From: an uncultured Pirellulales bacterium
GTDB lineage: Bacteria; Planctomycetota; Planctomycetia; Pirellulales; S012-138
Assembly (NCBI GenBank): GCA_964511065.1
Contig: CAZEEG010000008.1
Span: 16,091 to 80,090 of the forward strand
Reading direction: 5' to 3'
Length of the DNA stretch: 64,000 bases
The notes under the pieces were generated by a model. It saw only the letters and a program-made list of their open reading frames with translations. It did not search any database and was not told where the DNA came from. The translations under genes and the position numbers were made by a program. Positions 10,395 to 21,223 of the stretch are shown here, piece after piece (position 1 is the first letter of the stretch; every line of letters starts with the position of its first letter).

Positions 10395-11579
10395 TCAAGG
10401 CTGCCCTGCTCGTGGCTGCGTTTCCAAGAGGGCCATCGTTGCCCAACCGGTGGTGGACATCCGCTGGGCGTAGCTTTCGCCGCCAGCGGGGCGCGTGGTT
10501 TCCGGCCAGCTACCATCGTCGTACTGGCTGGCAGCCAGATAATGCCGGCCCCGCTCGATCATCGCGGCCCAACCATCAGTCCCATTCGTCCCATCTTGGG
10601 CAGCGGCTTTGGAACCTGCTGTCCGCACAACACCCGCGGAGTATTCATCCGGGCCGAGCTTATGGAGCGCCAACAGGACCACGGCCGTATCAAACGGCTC
10701 GGCTGCCGAGGTGACAAACGGCCCCCAGCCGCCGTTCTCCCCCTGCCCTCGCCGGATGATCTCGACGCATTCGGCGATTTTCGCCTCGCGGCCCAAGGCG
10801 GAATTCGCTCCCGCTTCCGGCTTAACGTCAACCAACCACAACAGCAGGGCCGCGGCATCGAGGACGCGCTGCGGCCGGAATTGTGCCAGCCAGTGGTCGG
10901 CCTTGGCGATGGATGGGCCAAACCGCGTGGCATCGGCCTGCTGCAATACGGCCCTGGCCACGACGGTCGCCAGCGGAGTGCCGTACGTCACCGGAGAACC
11001 CACCGAGCCTGCGGCGTCAATCGCCCAGGCGCCATCGTCCCCCTGCTGCTCGGCCACCTGCTGAGCCGCAAGGCGTAGTGGGCTCTTGAAACCTGGCATT
11101 TGCGGTGGTTGATCGGCGGCTTGCGGTGCAATGCCCGCTGCGCGGCGAGTGCGCTCCACCTGCGCTAAGGCTGCCGCAAACTGGACGGCGGCCAGCCGGC
11201 GGTCGCTAAATTCCACTTCGCCGCCGTTGTCCTTCCAACCCTGCGGGTTGCGAAGCCATGCGATGGTTTCCGCCAACGATTCCGCCGGAACCGCGCCGGC
11301 AGGGGACTCGTGCGCTCTACCCCCTGACGGGTTACCTGGCGTCTGGGCATTTGCCGTCCGTTGGTTGCGGTCAACCGCTGCCAGGTGCAATGCCCGAAAG
11401 GCATCGCCGTTGTTGTGGCACGAGAAGCAACGATTTTCCTTCGGCCAGGAGGGAACTTCGCGTGCCAGGAAGGCTACTGCCCGCTGAATGGCCCGATCCG
11501 GCGATACCTCAGGCTCCCGACCCACCGCGCCGTTGACGCAGCAGGCGGCCAGCACGATTCCCAGGGCGGCAATTCGCAT
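10395..11579 (-). CDS. Prenyltransferase/squalene-oxidase (alpha-alpha toroid) repeat protein with an N-terminal CxxCH heme-c motif. Secreted.
   Basis: ORF 10395..11705. The likely start is the signal peptide MRIAALGIVLAACCVNGA at 11579. A CFSCH motif follows the signal. QW-type repeats are present: QGDDGAWAI, QGENGGWGPF, QYDDGSWPE. Confidence 0.55.
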   Translation of the reverse strand: MRIAALGIVLAACCVNGAVGREPEVSPDRAIQRAVAFLAREVPSWPKENRCFSCHNNGDAFRALHLAAVDRNQRTANAQTPGNPSGGRAHESPAGAVPAESLAETIAWLRNPQGWKDNGGEVEFSDRRLAAVQFAAALAQVERTRRAAGIAPQAADQPPQMPGFKSPLRLAAQQVAEQQGDDGAWAIDAAGSVGSPVTYGTPLATVVARAVLQQADATRFGPSIAKADHWLAQFRPQRVLDAAALLLWLVDVKPEAGANSALGREAKIAECVEIIRRGQGENGGWGPFVTSAAEPFDTAVVLLALHKLGPDEYSAGVVRTAGSKAAAQDGTNGTDGWAAMIERGRHYLAASQYDDGSWPETTRPAGGESYAQRMSTTGWATMALLETQPRAGQP

Positions 11580-11688
11580 CAGCACGGCTCCTGGTACGCA
11601 AGAACAAGAAAGCGGCGTGGCCCCGTCACTCGACTTCACGGTGGTTTGAAGGCCGCGGCACAGCACGCAGCGTCCAATGCCGCGCTGC

Positions 11689-13056
11689 TTATTCCTGTTC
11701 CTCAATGCAATACAGGTACTGATTACTGCGGAGGAATAGCTGTTTGCCCACGGCGACGGGCGAAGCGTCGATCGGGTCGTTCAGCACGTTGGTGGCCAGC
11801 ACCTCGAGCTTATCGCCGGGCTTGAGCACGGTGGTCGTGCCGTCGCGGCCGGTGATGTAAATCCGCCCGCCCGCAGCAACGGGCGAACCATACAAATTGC
11901 TGATACCGGGAATCCGTGTCGGGCCAAAGATGACGTTGCCCGTGCGAATATCCAGGCTGGTCAGGATGCCGTTGTTGGACGCCGTGAAATACAACTGATC
12001 GCCCAGCAGCAGCGGCGAGGGCACGTAAGGCGTGCTGCGGTCGTGACTCCAGCGGACGGTATCGCTATCGGTGACGTCGCCCTGGGCGTCCAGCGGAATG
12101 GCCTTGGCCGCCGCACCGCGATAACCGCTCATGACGATGGCCATATCGCCAGTAGCGACCGGGGAGGGAATGGCGTTCACGGTCTGCCCCCCACATTCCC
12201 AGATCACTTCGCCGGTGGACAGGTCATAACTTCGGACCCGGTTGGTGCCATTCACGATGACCTGCGTGCGGCCGTTGCGCTCAACCACCAGGGGCGTGGC
12301 CCAGGAGGTCGGCTCATCGCGGTCGGCCCGCCAGCGGACGTTACCGGTTTGGGCATCGAGGGCCACGATGAAGGATGGGTCCTCATGGTCCCAATTCACG
12401 ATCAGCGTTTCGCCGTGCAGGGCCGGAGAGACTCCTTCGCCCCAACCGCGGCGGGTGCGCATCTGGCCGAGGTCGCGCTCCCACTTGAGGTTGCCGTCGA
12501 GATCATAGCAGAAGATGCCGCGCGAACCGAAGGAAACAAACAGCCTCCGGCCATCGGTGACAGGCGACGACGAAGCATAGGTATTGGTGGTATGCTGACC
12601 TTCCTTCGGCACCTCCTCGGTGGCGACTCGCTCCCAAATCCGCTCGCCGGTTTTCCGATCAAGGCACAGCACCACGAACTGGTAATAGTTCTTGGGCGGA
12701 AGGGTACGGGCATCGGGCGCGGGCTCAGGAGGGGGGTCGGCCACGCGGTCGGTCTTCACCGCCGCCACGACAAAAACCTTGTTCTCCCAAACGATCGGCG
12801 TGGCGCTGCCTTCGCCCGGCAGTTCCGCTTTCCACTTGATGTTGGTTTGGGCATCCCAATGCAGCGGCGGGGTTGCGTGCGGCGCGAGTCCGGTGGCTTC
12901 CGGCCCCCGCCATTGATGCCAGTTGTATGGGCGGCGGGCGGCAAAATCGTTCGCCTCGCCGGCAACGGCCCCGGCCGCCATGACCACGACCAGCGCCAAG
13001 CCAGCGGCGGCGAATCCGGCGTTTCTTCGGCCGGCGGTTGGAATCCTGAAGTTCAT
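11689..13056 (-). CDS. PQQ-like beta-propeller repeat protein (BamB-like fold). Secreted.
   Basis: ORF 11689..13311. The likely start is the signal peptide MNFRIPTAGRRNAGFAAAGLALVVVMAAG at 13056. WD/PQQ-like blades repeat (GxxxxxDxxTGxxxW). Confidence 0.7.
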   Translation of the reverse strand: MNFRIPTAGRRNAGFAAAGLALVVVMAAGAVAGEANDFAARRPYNWHQWRGPEATGLAPHATPPLHWDAQTNIKWKAELPGEGSATPIVWENKVFVVAAVKTDRVADPPPEPAPDARTLPPKNYYQFVVLCLDRKTGERIWERVATEEVPKEGQHTTNTYASSSPVTDGRRLFVSFGSRGIFCYDLDGNLKWERDLGQMRTRRGWGEGVSPALHGETLIVNWDHEDPSFIVALDAQTGNVRWRADRDEPTSWATPLVVERNGRTQVIVNGTNRVRSYDLSTGEVIWECGGQTVNAIPSPVATGDMAIVMSGYRGAAAKAIPLDAQGDVTDSDTVRWSHDRSTPYVPSPLLLGDQLYFTASNNGILTSLDIRTGNVIFGPTRIPGISNLYGSPVAAGGRIYITGRDGTTTVLKPGDKLEVLATNVLNDPIDASPVAVGKQLFLRSNQYLYCIEEQE

Positions 13057-13286
13057 GGCAATCGCTCCCTCGCGGATCGTGGGCAATGGACAGGCACGCA
13101 GATGCCCCCCGAACGCGCCCGAATCAATCGCGTGCCGCACTCGGCACTGGCTCGCATGGGCGAGCGGCGTCCATCTTGTTCCGGCGCGCGGTCCGTCAAC
13201 TGTGGCGCAGCATACACATTGCGGCACTTGCTCCGCGACCCCATCTTCCGCCGCGAAAATGGCAGCGGCCCCCCACGCGCGGCCGA

Positions 13287-15329
13287 TCAATCCAGATCGC
13301 GGCCCACCCACGCATGCTCGGTTTGCAGTTCCACCATGTGGCGATAGCGGGTACTGGCCGACATCAACTCGGCGTGCGTCCCCAGTTCCACCAGCCGGCC
13401 ATGCTCCAGAACGGCGATTCGATCGGCCAGCACAATGGTGCTCATGCGGTGCGCGATCACAAAGCAGGTGCGGCCCTGCATCAACGTCCGCAGGCTCTCC
13501 TGGATGAGCTGCTCGCTTTCACTGTCGAGATTGCTCGTGGCTTCGTCCAGAATCAGAATCCGCGGATCGGCCAACAGGGCCCTGGCGATGGCCAATCGCT
13601 GCCGCTGCCCGCCGGAAAGCCGTACCCCGCGCTCGCCAATCAGCGTGTCGTAACCGTGTTCCAGATCGACGATGAACTCATGGGCGTGCGCGGCCTGGGC
13701 AGCGCGTTCGATCTCCTCGCGTGTCGCATGCCGGACGGCGTAGCCGATGTTTTCGGCGATGGTCCCGTCGAACAGAAACACGTCCTGCTCGACAATGCCC
13801 AGCAGTTGCCGATAGCTTTCCACTTGGATATCGCGGAGGTCGCGACCATCGAGACGCACCGCGCCTTCACTGGGATCGTAAAACCGCGCCACCAGGTTGC
13901 AGAGCGTGGTCTTGCCGGCCCCGCTGCGACCTACCAGCGCAATGGTTTCTCCAGGCGCAACGTCCAGGTTGATGTCGTGCAGAATTGTGCGCTCGCTGCC
14001 CGGGTAGCGGAACGACACGTTCTCAAACGTGATGCGTCCGGCCACCTTGTCGCGGGCCAGGCTCACTGCCGCCGGATTCGACGGCAACTCGCGGGGCTCA
14101 TCGAGCAGGTCGAGCACGCGATCCAAGCCGGCCAGGCTGTTCTGGAAGCCCGCAGCGCTGGCGGCCAGTGTCGCCAGCGGTTCCAGCAGCATGGCCAGGT
14201 AGAACAGGAACATCGTCAGGTCGCCGAGCGTCAGGCCGCCTTCGAGGATGCGGTAGCCGCCGTAAACCAGTAAGCCGGTGGACGCCAGCGGGATCAAGGT
14301 TTCCCAAATGACGTCGATGGCCCGAGCCCACCACCAGACGAAAAGCTGCTGGCGGACCATCATGTTGTTGCCGCGGACGAAGCGGCCCGCTTCCACGCGC
14401 TCACCACTGAAGCCGCGGACCACGCGCATGCCGCCAAAGGCCTCGGTGGCATGACCATCGATCTCTTGCCGCTGGGAGCGGACATCGCGGTACAGGGGGC
14501 GAATCCGGTTCACCCAGGTGCGGTGCGTGAAATACACGATCGGCACCAAGAGCAGCCCGCCGACCATCATCCGCCAATCGACAAACACCAGCACGATCAG
14601 GCTGCCCAGCAGTTGCACGATGGCCCGCCAGGGGTTGTACAACATGCTGAAAATGAGATCGGCGGCCGAACCGGCATCTTCGCGGAGCAGGCTGGCAGCA
14701 CCGCCCGATTTAAGCTGGTAAACCCGATGCAGCGGCAGCCGCACCGCATGCTCGAACGCCCGCTTGCGGAGCGAAACCTGCAACCGATTGACCGCCTTGG
14801 TGGCACTCCATCGACCCCAAAGGTGAATGGCCGTCGTTGCGAACGATACCGCGACTACCCCTGCTCCGAGGATGATGAGCAACTGGGGGCGACTTTCAGG
14901 CAGCCCCCAGTCCAGCCAGGCGGCAGGAATGGGGCGATCGGCCAAAACATAGTCGATCGCTACTTTGATCGCCGCTGGCGGAACCAGTTTCAGCAGCGTG
15001 GCCACCGTCAGCGTTGCGAGCGCAAAGATGACCACCCGCCGCTGATCGCGCATCAGCCCCCAAAAAGCCGACAAAAGTTGCCAGAACGATCGCGACCGGC
15101 GGTGGCGTCGGTCCGCGCTGGCTGCCGGGGCCAACGGATGCTGCCCCCCGATGGCGGAGGCCGCTTCCTTTCTGCCGGTCGCCGAAGTTGCCGCAGGCGC
15201 ATCCTCCGCCGTTCCGTGCCCGTTGCTTGAAAGGCCGGCAGCCGCTGGCCCTCCTGGCGAAGCGTCGCGGCGATGGCGTCGGGCAACCTTGGCGCGGTAT
15301 TCTTGAAATCGTCGGCGGCTAGTGGTCAT
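13287..15329 (-). CDS. ABC transporter, fused permease/ATP-binding exporter (MsbA/ABCB-like)
   Basis: The likely start is MTTSRRRFQEY at 15329. It has 6 TM segments, then Walker A GRSGAGKTT, signature LSGGQRQR and Walker B ILILDEAT. Confidence 0.9.
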   Translation of the reverse strand: MTTSRRRFQEYRAKVARRHRRDASPGGPAAAGLSSNGHGTAEDAPAATSATGRKEAASAIGGQHPLAPAASADRRHRRSRSFWQLLSAFWGLMRDQRRVVIFALATLTVATLLKLVPPAAIKVAIDYVLADRPIPAAWLDWGLPESRPQLLIILGAGVVAVSFATTAIHLWGRWSATKAVNRLQVSLRKRAFEHAVRLPLHRVYQLKSGGAASLLREDAGSAADLIFSMLYNPWRAIVQLLGSLIVLVFVDWRMMVGGLLLVPIVYFTHRTWVNRIRPLYRDVRSQRQEIDGHATEAFGGMRVVRGFSGERVEAGRFVRGNNMMVRQQLFVWWWARAIDVIWETLIPLASTGLLVYGGYRILEGGLTLGDLTMFLFYLAMLLEPLATLAASAAGFQNSLAGLDRVLDLLDEPRELPSNPAAVSLARDKVAGRITFENVSFRYPGSERTILHDINLDVAPGETIALVGRSGAGKTTLCNLVARFYDPSEGAVRLDGRDLRDIQVESYRQLLGIVEQDVFLFDGTIAENIGYAVRHATREEIERAAQAAHAHEFIVDLEHGYDTLIGERGVRLSGGQRQRLAIARALLADPRILILDEATSNLDSESEQLIQESLRTLMQGRTCFVIAHRMSTIVLADRIAVLEHGRLVELGTHAELMSASTRYRHMVELQTEHAWVGRDLD

Positions 15330-15705
15330 CGAACCTCGTCGGCCTGGCAAGTTCGGCACGTGGGGTAAGGCGGCAGGGGCCGAAGCGCGGGAGGACGATG
15401 GTCCGCGACGGCAGAACCACACACAAAAATGCCCACGTTCAACTTTACGCCTTAACCCACCAAAAGATAAGGGCCGGCGTTGTGCGACCGCGCCACTGGC
15501 ACCGCCAATGCCGGCTATTGCCCGCCGGTCGCAGGAGTGTAAAACCGGGGACTGCCCACGCGGCAAAGTGACGGGTAAACTTAGCAGCGGCGGCCCGCCT
15601 GCCTTCCTTCCCCCCAAGGGCAACGGCGGCCTATGCGCCCCACGGCCCTCCGGTTCCGCTCCAGGAACCGGCTTCATGGCACTAACGATCAGCGCGAGTT
15701 GAAGG

Positions 15706-15966
15706 ATGCCCAAGCGCAGCAAGCACCAAGAACGGATTATCAAGAATTACTACCAGAACCTCGAAGACATCAGCCTCCAGAAACTTTCGGAGCATGTGAC
15801 CGAGTTGTACCTGGAAGAAGGCAAGGCGCGCGAACGCCGCTGGAAACACATCGTCTCCGCACTCGAAAAATTGGAAATCAAGCCCGAGGAGATTGCGCGA
15901 CTTCGGGCAAACGACAACCCGGCCGAACTGGCCCAACTGGTACAACGGCTGTTGGCACGCAAGTAG
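15706..15966 (+). CDS. Small conserved hypothetical protein (86 aa, K/E-rich, helical)
   Basis: The composition is atypical of spurious GC-rich ORFs (MPKRSKHQERIIKNYYQNLEDISLQKLSEHVTELYLEEGKARERRWKH...). It sits in an intergenic gap between divergent ABC genes. Confidence 0.45.
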   Translation: MPKRSKHQERIIKNYYQNLEDISLQKLSEHVTELYLEEGKARERRWKHIVSALEKLEIKPEEIARLRANDNPAELAQLVQRLLARK

Positions 15967-16228
15967 CCACAGATAGAGTTCTCCCCGGCGGTTGAGCCGG
16001 GGGCGCTCTTTACCGCGACGTTGCCTGGCCGGATCGGCTCCCCAGCGGCTGTGCTGAACCATCCGGTGGATCGAACCCCACGAGCCGATGGTGGGCCATC
16101 GGTCGCCCGGCGCTGCCGGCAAGGGAAGTGCCGACGGCAGCGCCCCTTTGGGGCCTGCCGCTATGTCGTCCTGACCGGTTGTAACGTTCAGCAAGCCCCC
16201 TGCGCCCCCCACGATTCGTGCTGCTGTT

Positions 16229-17326
16229 ATGCCGCTGATTCGCCTCCAAAAAATTTCCCGAAGCTACGGCCGCGTGCAGGCACTCAAAAGTGTCAGCCTG
16301 ACGCTGGAGCCTGGAACGATCGGGCTGGTTGGCAACAACGGCGCCGGCAAGAGCACGCTGCTCAAAATTCTGTTGGGCCTGTTGCGGCCCGACCACGGCA
16401 GCGGCGAGATTCTGGGGCACGACATCCGCCGGCGAAGCAGCGAAATCCGCGGCCGAGTCGGTTACATGGCCGAGGCGGCCGCCGTGATTCCAACCCTTCG
16501 TGGGGTCGAGTTTGTCACGCTCTCCGGTGACCTGTATGGCATGCCGCACCGGCAAGCGAAGCGCAGGGCCCACGAAGTGTTGAACTACGTCGGCCTGGGA
16601 GAACTGCGATACCGGCGGCTCGAAGAATACTCCACCGGCAACCTGCAGCGGCTCAAGTTGGCCGCCGCACTCGTTCACGATCCCGACCTGCTGCTGCTGG
16701 ATGAGCCGACCAATGGTCTCGATCCTCGTGGCCGCCAGGCGATGCTCAAACTGATTCAGGATCTCATCCGCGAGACCGGCAAGAGTGTCGTGTTGTGTAC
16801 GCACCTGCTCGGCGATGTTGAACGCTTGTGCAAGCAGGTCGTGGTCCTGCACCAGGGAACGGTGCTGTTATCGGGCAGCATGGCCGACCTGCGGCGCCGG
16901 GCGAGTAACCATTTCGAGCTTGGCTGGCAGGCCGACGCCCCGCAACGGTTTGAACGAGCGCTGCTCGACCAGGGCGTGCAGTTTCTTAACCGCCGCCGCA
17001 GTGACAGCACGGCCCATGCGGTGGTCCATTTGCCCGGCCAGGGCTCGACGACGCGGCTGTTCCAACTGGCCAATGAATGCGGGGCCGTCATCACGCTCCT
17101 TCGTCCGCAGGAGGAAGACTTACAGCAATTGTTCTTCCGGGTGACCCAGTCGGGGGAGCATGCCAGTACCAGCCAGGAAAGCATTTACACTCCCCAAGCA
17201 GGCGCCGCCATCGGTCAGGCGGCCTCTGAGCCGCCTGACCGATTGAACATTCAATCGCCCATGCCGCCCGAGGCGGAAGGCTCACCCGCCGACGCCCCCC
17301 TGCCCACGCGAAAGCCCCGTCCATGA
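16229..17326 (+). CDS. ABC transporter ATP-binding protein (ABC-2 type)
   Basis: Walker A GNNGAGKST, signature YSTGNLQRL, Walker B LLLLDEPTNGLD. The stop overlaps the next gene by 4 nt (ATGA). Confidence 0.9.
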   Translation: MPLIRLQKISRSYGRVQALKSVSLTLEPGTIGLVGNNGAGKSTLLKILLGLLRPDHGSGEILGHDIRRRSSEIRGRVGYMAEAAAVIPTLRGVEFVTLSGDLYGMPHRQAKRRAHEVLNYVGLGELRYRRLEEYSTGNLQRLKLAAALVHDPDLLLLDEPTNGLDPRGRQAMLKLIQDLIRETGKSVVLCTHLLGDVERLCKQVVVLHQGTVLLSGSMADLRRRASNHFELGWQADAPQRFERALLDQGVQFLNRRRSDSTAHAVVHLPGQGSTTRLFQLANECGAVITLLRPQEEDLQQLFFRVTQSGEHASTSQESIYTPQAGAAIGQAASEPPDRLNIQSPMPPEAEGSPADAPLPTRKPRP

Positions 17327-18207
17327 AGCTCGATACGGCCCATTACCACGGCTGGAACGGCCGGCTCCGCTCGCCCTGGCTCAGCAGTCTGGCCATCGTC
17401 AAGGTGGCGATGCTGCAGCTCTTTCGCCGCAAGAGCTACTGGGTGGTGATCGGCCTGGGCCTGCTCCAGTTTGTGGTGTTCTTTGCCATCATCTACGCGG
17501 TGACGCAGCTAGGCGCCTTCCGAAGCCGCGTGTTGGAGCAACTCAACTTCGTGGCCGAACCAACCGGTGACAGCGAAAACAACGGCTACTTGATGTTCAT
17601 GGAACGGCAAAGCCTGGTGGTCATGATGCTGCTGGCTTTCGCCGGCAGTCTGCTGGTTGGGGCCGATTTCCGATTGAAGTCGCTGCCGTTTTACTTGTCG
17701 CGGCGGATCGACCGCCGCCATTATATCGTTGGCAAGTTGCTGGCGATTTCAGCCATTGTCGCCTTGATGACGGTGATCCCGGCTCTGCTGCTGTACCTGG
17801 AATATGGCGCCTTCACATCCAGCTTTGAATATTGGGTTGAGAACTGGAAACTGGTGCTGTCGATCCTGGGATATGGTCTGGTGCTGTGTACGGTGCTGAG
17901 CATCATGCTGGTGACGCTCTCAGCCTATCTGCAGCGAACCGCGCCCATCGCCATCACCTGGAGCAGCCTGTTCTTCATGCTGGCCGTGGTGGCCCGGCAG
18001 ATGCACGATGTGACAAACAACCCTAACTGGCTACTGCTCGACCCCTGGCGCAACATGCGCTATGTCGGCCGGTATTGTTTCGGCTATTTTCCCGGCGGAG
18101 AGGACCTGGAATTGGGCATGAAAGCCCTGGCAATCCTGTCTGCCGTGTGCGTTGTTTGCCTGGTGGCGTTGGTCTACCGTGTTCGGGCGGTCGACGTGGT
18201 GGAGTAG
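17323..18207 (+). CDS. ABC-2 family transporter permease
   Basis: 294 aa, about 6 TM helices. It is translationally coupled to the upstream ATPase. Confidence 0.75.
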   Translation: MKLDTAHYHGWNGRLRSPWLSSLAIVKVAMLQLFRRKSYWVVIGLGLLQFVVFFAIIYAVTQLGAFRSRVLEQLNFVAEPTGDSENNGYLMFMERQSLVVMMLLAFAGSLLVGADFRLKSLPFYLSRRIDRRHYIVGKLLAISAIVALMTVIPALLLYLEYGAFTSSFEYWVENWKLVLSILGYGLVLCTVLSIMLVTLSAYLQRTAPIAITWSSLFFMLAVVARQMHDVTNNPNWLLLDPWRNMRYVGRYCFGYFPGGEDLELGMKALAILSAVCVVCLVALVYRVRAVDVVE

Positions 18208-18293
18208 CGGCAGCGCACGAGCGGTACCACTTGCAAACGGACCTTCCATACGGAGCGCCGATTGACATTTCGCCCGCCCTGGACTTCTAGATC

Positions 18294-18776
18294 ATGAGGA
18301 AACCAGCAATGACGCATCCCAAGCCGCGGCGGCCACTGCCGGTGATCGGGTGGCGAGAATGGGTGGCGCTTCCGGATTTGGGCATCGACTGGATCAAGTC
18401 CAAGGTCGATAGCGGGGCCCGCACCAGTTGCCTGCACGCATTTGATATCGAGTACGGCCGCAAGAAAGGCGAACCGTACGTGCGATTCAAGGTTCATCCC
18501 GTCCAGCGGGATCCGCACAAGACGGTCATCGCCGAGGCCCCCCTGTTGGAGCGCCGGCACGTAAAAAGTTCCAGCGGCCACTTGTCGTTGCGGCCCGTAA
18601 TCGTTACGCCAGTGCAATTGCTGGGCGAGAACCTGGAGGTCGAACTGACCTTAGCCTCGCGCGATGCGATGGGCTTTCGCATGCTCTTGGGAAGGCAAGC
18701 GGTTCGTGGTAAGTTCTTCATCGATTCCGGGCACTCGTTCCTGGCTGGGCACCCTCCCACCGGACGGTCTGGGTAG
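18294..18776 (+). CDS. RimK-associated putative ATP-dependent zinc protease (retropepsin-like, DUF785/PF05618)
   Basis: 160 aa with the N-terminal motif PVIGWREWVALPDLGI typical of this family. It lies directly upstream of rimK. Confidence 0.7.
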   Translation: MRKPAMTHPKPRRPLPVIGWREWVALPDLGIDWIKSKVDSGARTSCLHAFDIEYGRKKGEPYVRFKVHPVQRDPHKTVIAEAPLLERRHVKSSSGHLSLRPVIVTPVQLLGENLEVELTLASRDAMGFRMLLGRQAVRGKFFIDSGHSFLAGHPPTGRSG

Positions 18777-18798
18777 TCAATCATAGTCGGGGGACTTT

Positions 18799-19704
18799 AT
18801 GAAGATCGCCATCCTTTCCAGGAGGCCATCCCTCTATTCCACAAGACGTTTGAAAGAAGCAGGGCAGGCGCGCGGTCACGAGGTGCGAATCGTCGATTAC
18901 CTGCGCTGCTATATGGATATCACCTCGCACAAGCCACAGGTGCTGTACCAAGGTGAGCCACTGCTGGGATACGACGCCATCATTCCCCGGATCGGCGCAT
19001 CGAACACCTTCTATGGGACGGCGGTCGTCCGGCAGTTCGAAATGATGGGGGTCTACTCGGCCAACGAGTCGCAAGCCATTAGCCGCTCGCGCGACAAGCT
19101 CCGCAGCTTGCAACTGCTGTCGCGGAAGGGGATCGGCCTGCCCGTCACCGGTTTCGCCCACAGCACGAAAGACATCGAGGGGCTCATCAATATCGTCGGC
19201 GGCGCGCCGCTGGTCATCAAGCTGCTGGAGGGTACCCAGGGGATCGGCGTGATCCTGGCCGAAACCCGCAAGGCAGCCGAGGCGGTCATCGAGGCTTTCC
19301 GCGGCCTGCACGCCAACATCCTGGTGCAGGAATACTTGAAAGAAGCCCGCGGGGCCGATATCCGCTGTCTGGTGGTGGGTAACCGCGTGGTTGCCGCCAT
19401 GAAACGCCAGGCACCGCCCGGCGAGTTCCGCTCCAACCTGCACCGGGGTGGTACGGCCGTTAAGATCAAGCTCACGCCCGAGGAACGCAGTACGGCTACC
19501 CGGGCCGCCAAGGCCATGGGGTTGAACGTGGCCGGTGTGGACTTGATCCGCTCTAACCACGGGCCGGTGGTGGTCGAAGTAAACTCCTCGCCCGGCCTGG
19601 AGGGGATCGAAGCGGCCTCCGGCATCGACGTTGCCTCCGAGATCGTGGAATTCCTGGAAAAGAACGCCTCGCCGGGCAACACCAGGGACCGCGTGAAAGG
19701 ATAG
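18799..19704 (+). CDS. rimK: Ribosomal protein S6--L-glutamate ligase (ATP-grasp)
   Basis: 301 aa ATP-grasp protein ([18 protein letters not shown]...). It is similar to RimK along its whole length. Confidence 0.9.
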   Translation: MKIAILSRRPSLYSTRRLKEAGQARGHEVRIVDYLRCYMDITSHKPQVLYQGEPLLGYDAIIPRIGASNTFYGTAVVRQFEMMGVYSANESQAISRSRDKLRSLQLLSRKGIGLPVTGFAHSTKDIEGLINIVGGAPLVIKLLEGTQGIGVILAETRKAAEAVIEAFRGLHANILVQEYLKEARGADIRCLVVGNRVVAAMKRQAPPGEFRSNLHRGGTAVKIKLTPEERSTATRAAKAMGLNVAGVDLIRSNHGPVVVEVNSSPGLEGIEAASGIDVASEIVEFLEKNASPGNTRDRVKG

Positions 19705-19718
19705 CGCCGCAGCTTGGA

Positions 19719-21011
19719 TTAAGCCCGGGCCGTGGCCGTCACGCGCGCCAGGTCGTCAAAGAACTTGGGATACGTTTTCCCTACGCAGCCAGGGTCGCGG
19801 ATCACGACGCCTTCGCTGCGCAGCCCCACCAGCGCCAGGCTCATCGCCATCCGGTGGTCGTCGTAGGTATCGATGGCCGCGGGCCGCAGCGGGGCCGGCG
19901 TGATATCCAAGCCATCGGGCAATTCAACCACCGAAGCTCCCAACTTGCGCAGTTCCGTGGCCAGCGCAGCCAGGCGGTCGGTTTCCTTATGCCGCATGTG
20001 CGGTACGCCGCGCACCCGAGTGGTGCCTTCGGCAAACAGGGCGACGGCAGCCAAGGTTTGCACCGTGTCGCTGATCGCGTTCATATCGACATCGACGCCG
20101 CGGAGCGGTCCGCCCTGCACCACAATACCGTCGTCGTGCGACGATACCTGGCAACCCATCTTCGCCAATACATCGACAAATGCGACATCACCTTGAAGGC
20201 TTTGCCGGTTGAGGCCGCGAACCTTCACACGCCCCCCGGTGATCGCGGCAGCGCCGAAAAAGTAGCTGGCGGCCGAAGCATCGGGTTCAATCGCGTATTC
20301 CCTACCCTGGTATCGGGCCGGGGCGATGAAATATTGCCGCTGCGGTTGAAGCTGTACATCGGCTTTCACCCCGAATGCGGCCATCACCGCGAGCGTCATA
20401 TCGACGTAGGGTTGCGATACCAGTTCGCCTTCGATAAGCACGGTAACTGGCCCCTGCGCGTTGGGGGCCGCCATCAACAGGCCGCTCAGGAATTGGCTCG
20501 ATACATCGCCGCGGATAGTCGCCGTTCCGCCGGGCAGACCCGATGCGCGTACGGTCACCGGTGGAAAGCCGTCGGTCCCCTCGCAACGAACATCGGCCCC
20601 CAGTTGCCGCAATCCATGAAGCAGGTCGCCGATGGGTCTTTCGCGCATGCGCGGAGTGCCGTCGAGGCGGAAAGTACCTCGGGCAGTTGTCACCATCGCG
20701 GTCAGGAAGCGAATGCTCGTCCCGCTATTGGCGATATACACCTTCAGCGGCTGCGCAACGTCGATGGTTCCTCCTGAACCGTCGACCAAGAGCGTTTCGG
20801 TTGTTCCTTCCGCTTGCACGCCGACCCCCATCGCATTGAGGGCGGCGATCATCACCTGGGTATCTTCGCTATCCAGGGCGCCTAACAAGCGCGACTGGCC
20901 ATTGGCCAAGGCGGCACAAATCAAAGCCCGATTGGTGATGCTCTTGGAACCGGGGGGACGAATCTCGGCGTCAATCGCCCCCGAGGGTTGAATAGCTAGT
21001 TCGTCGGTCAT
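19719..21011 (-). CDS. aroA: 3-phosphoshikimate 1-carboxyvinyltransferase (EPSP synthase)
   Basis: 430 aa. It contains GSKSITNRAL and the two-domain EPSP synthase architecture. Confidence 0.9.
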   Translation of the reverse strand: MTDELAIQPSGAIDAEIRPPGSKSITNRALICAALANGQSRLLGALDSEDTQVMIAALNAMGVGVQAEGTTETLLVDGSGGTIDVAQPLKVYIANSGTSIRFLTAMVTTARGTFRLDGTPRMRERPIGDLLHGLRQLGADVRCEGTDGFPPVTVRASGLPGGTATIRGDVSSQFLSGLLMAAPNAQGPVTVLIEGELVSQPYVDMTLAVMAAFGVKADVQLQPQRQYFIAPARYQGREYAIEPDASAASYFFGAAAITGGRVKVRGLNRQSLQGDVAFVDVLAKMGCQVSSHDDGIVVQGGPLRGVDVDMNAISDTVQTLAAVALFAEGTTRVRGVPHMRHKETDRLAALATELRKLGASVVELPDGLDITPAPLRPAAIDTYDDHRMAMSLALVGLRSEGVVIRDPGCVGKTYPKFFDDLARVTATARA

Positions 21012-21223
21012 AGCGTGGCGTCTGCGCCGGCCGTTGGCAGTGCAAGAAGATGCGCCCCATGATCGGTGGCGGCCAACACTTACCGCCGGTGCCCGTAGTT
21101 GGCCATTGTAGTGGATTGCTCCCGAGGATTAAACCGGGCGATCACGGGGTGAAACAGCGACGATCTCCCGGTTTTTCCGGGGATTTGTGCGGCAACTCCG
21201 GCCGCGCATATCGGGTACGGTCG

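Noticed and set aside
12043-14273. Plus-strand ORFs 12043..13347 and 13086..14273
   Set aside because: They are antisense to the PQQ beta-propeller and ABC exporter genes, which have unambiguous Walker/signature motifs.
16010-16852. 280-aa minus-strand ORF
   Set aside because: It is antisense to the well-supported ABC ATP-binding gene (16229..17326). Its R/A/G-rich composition is typical of a GC-rich shadow frame.
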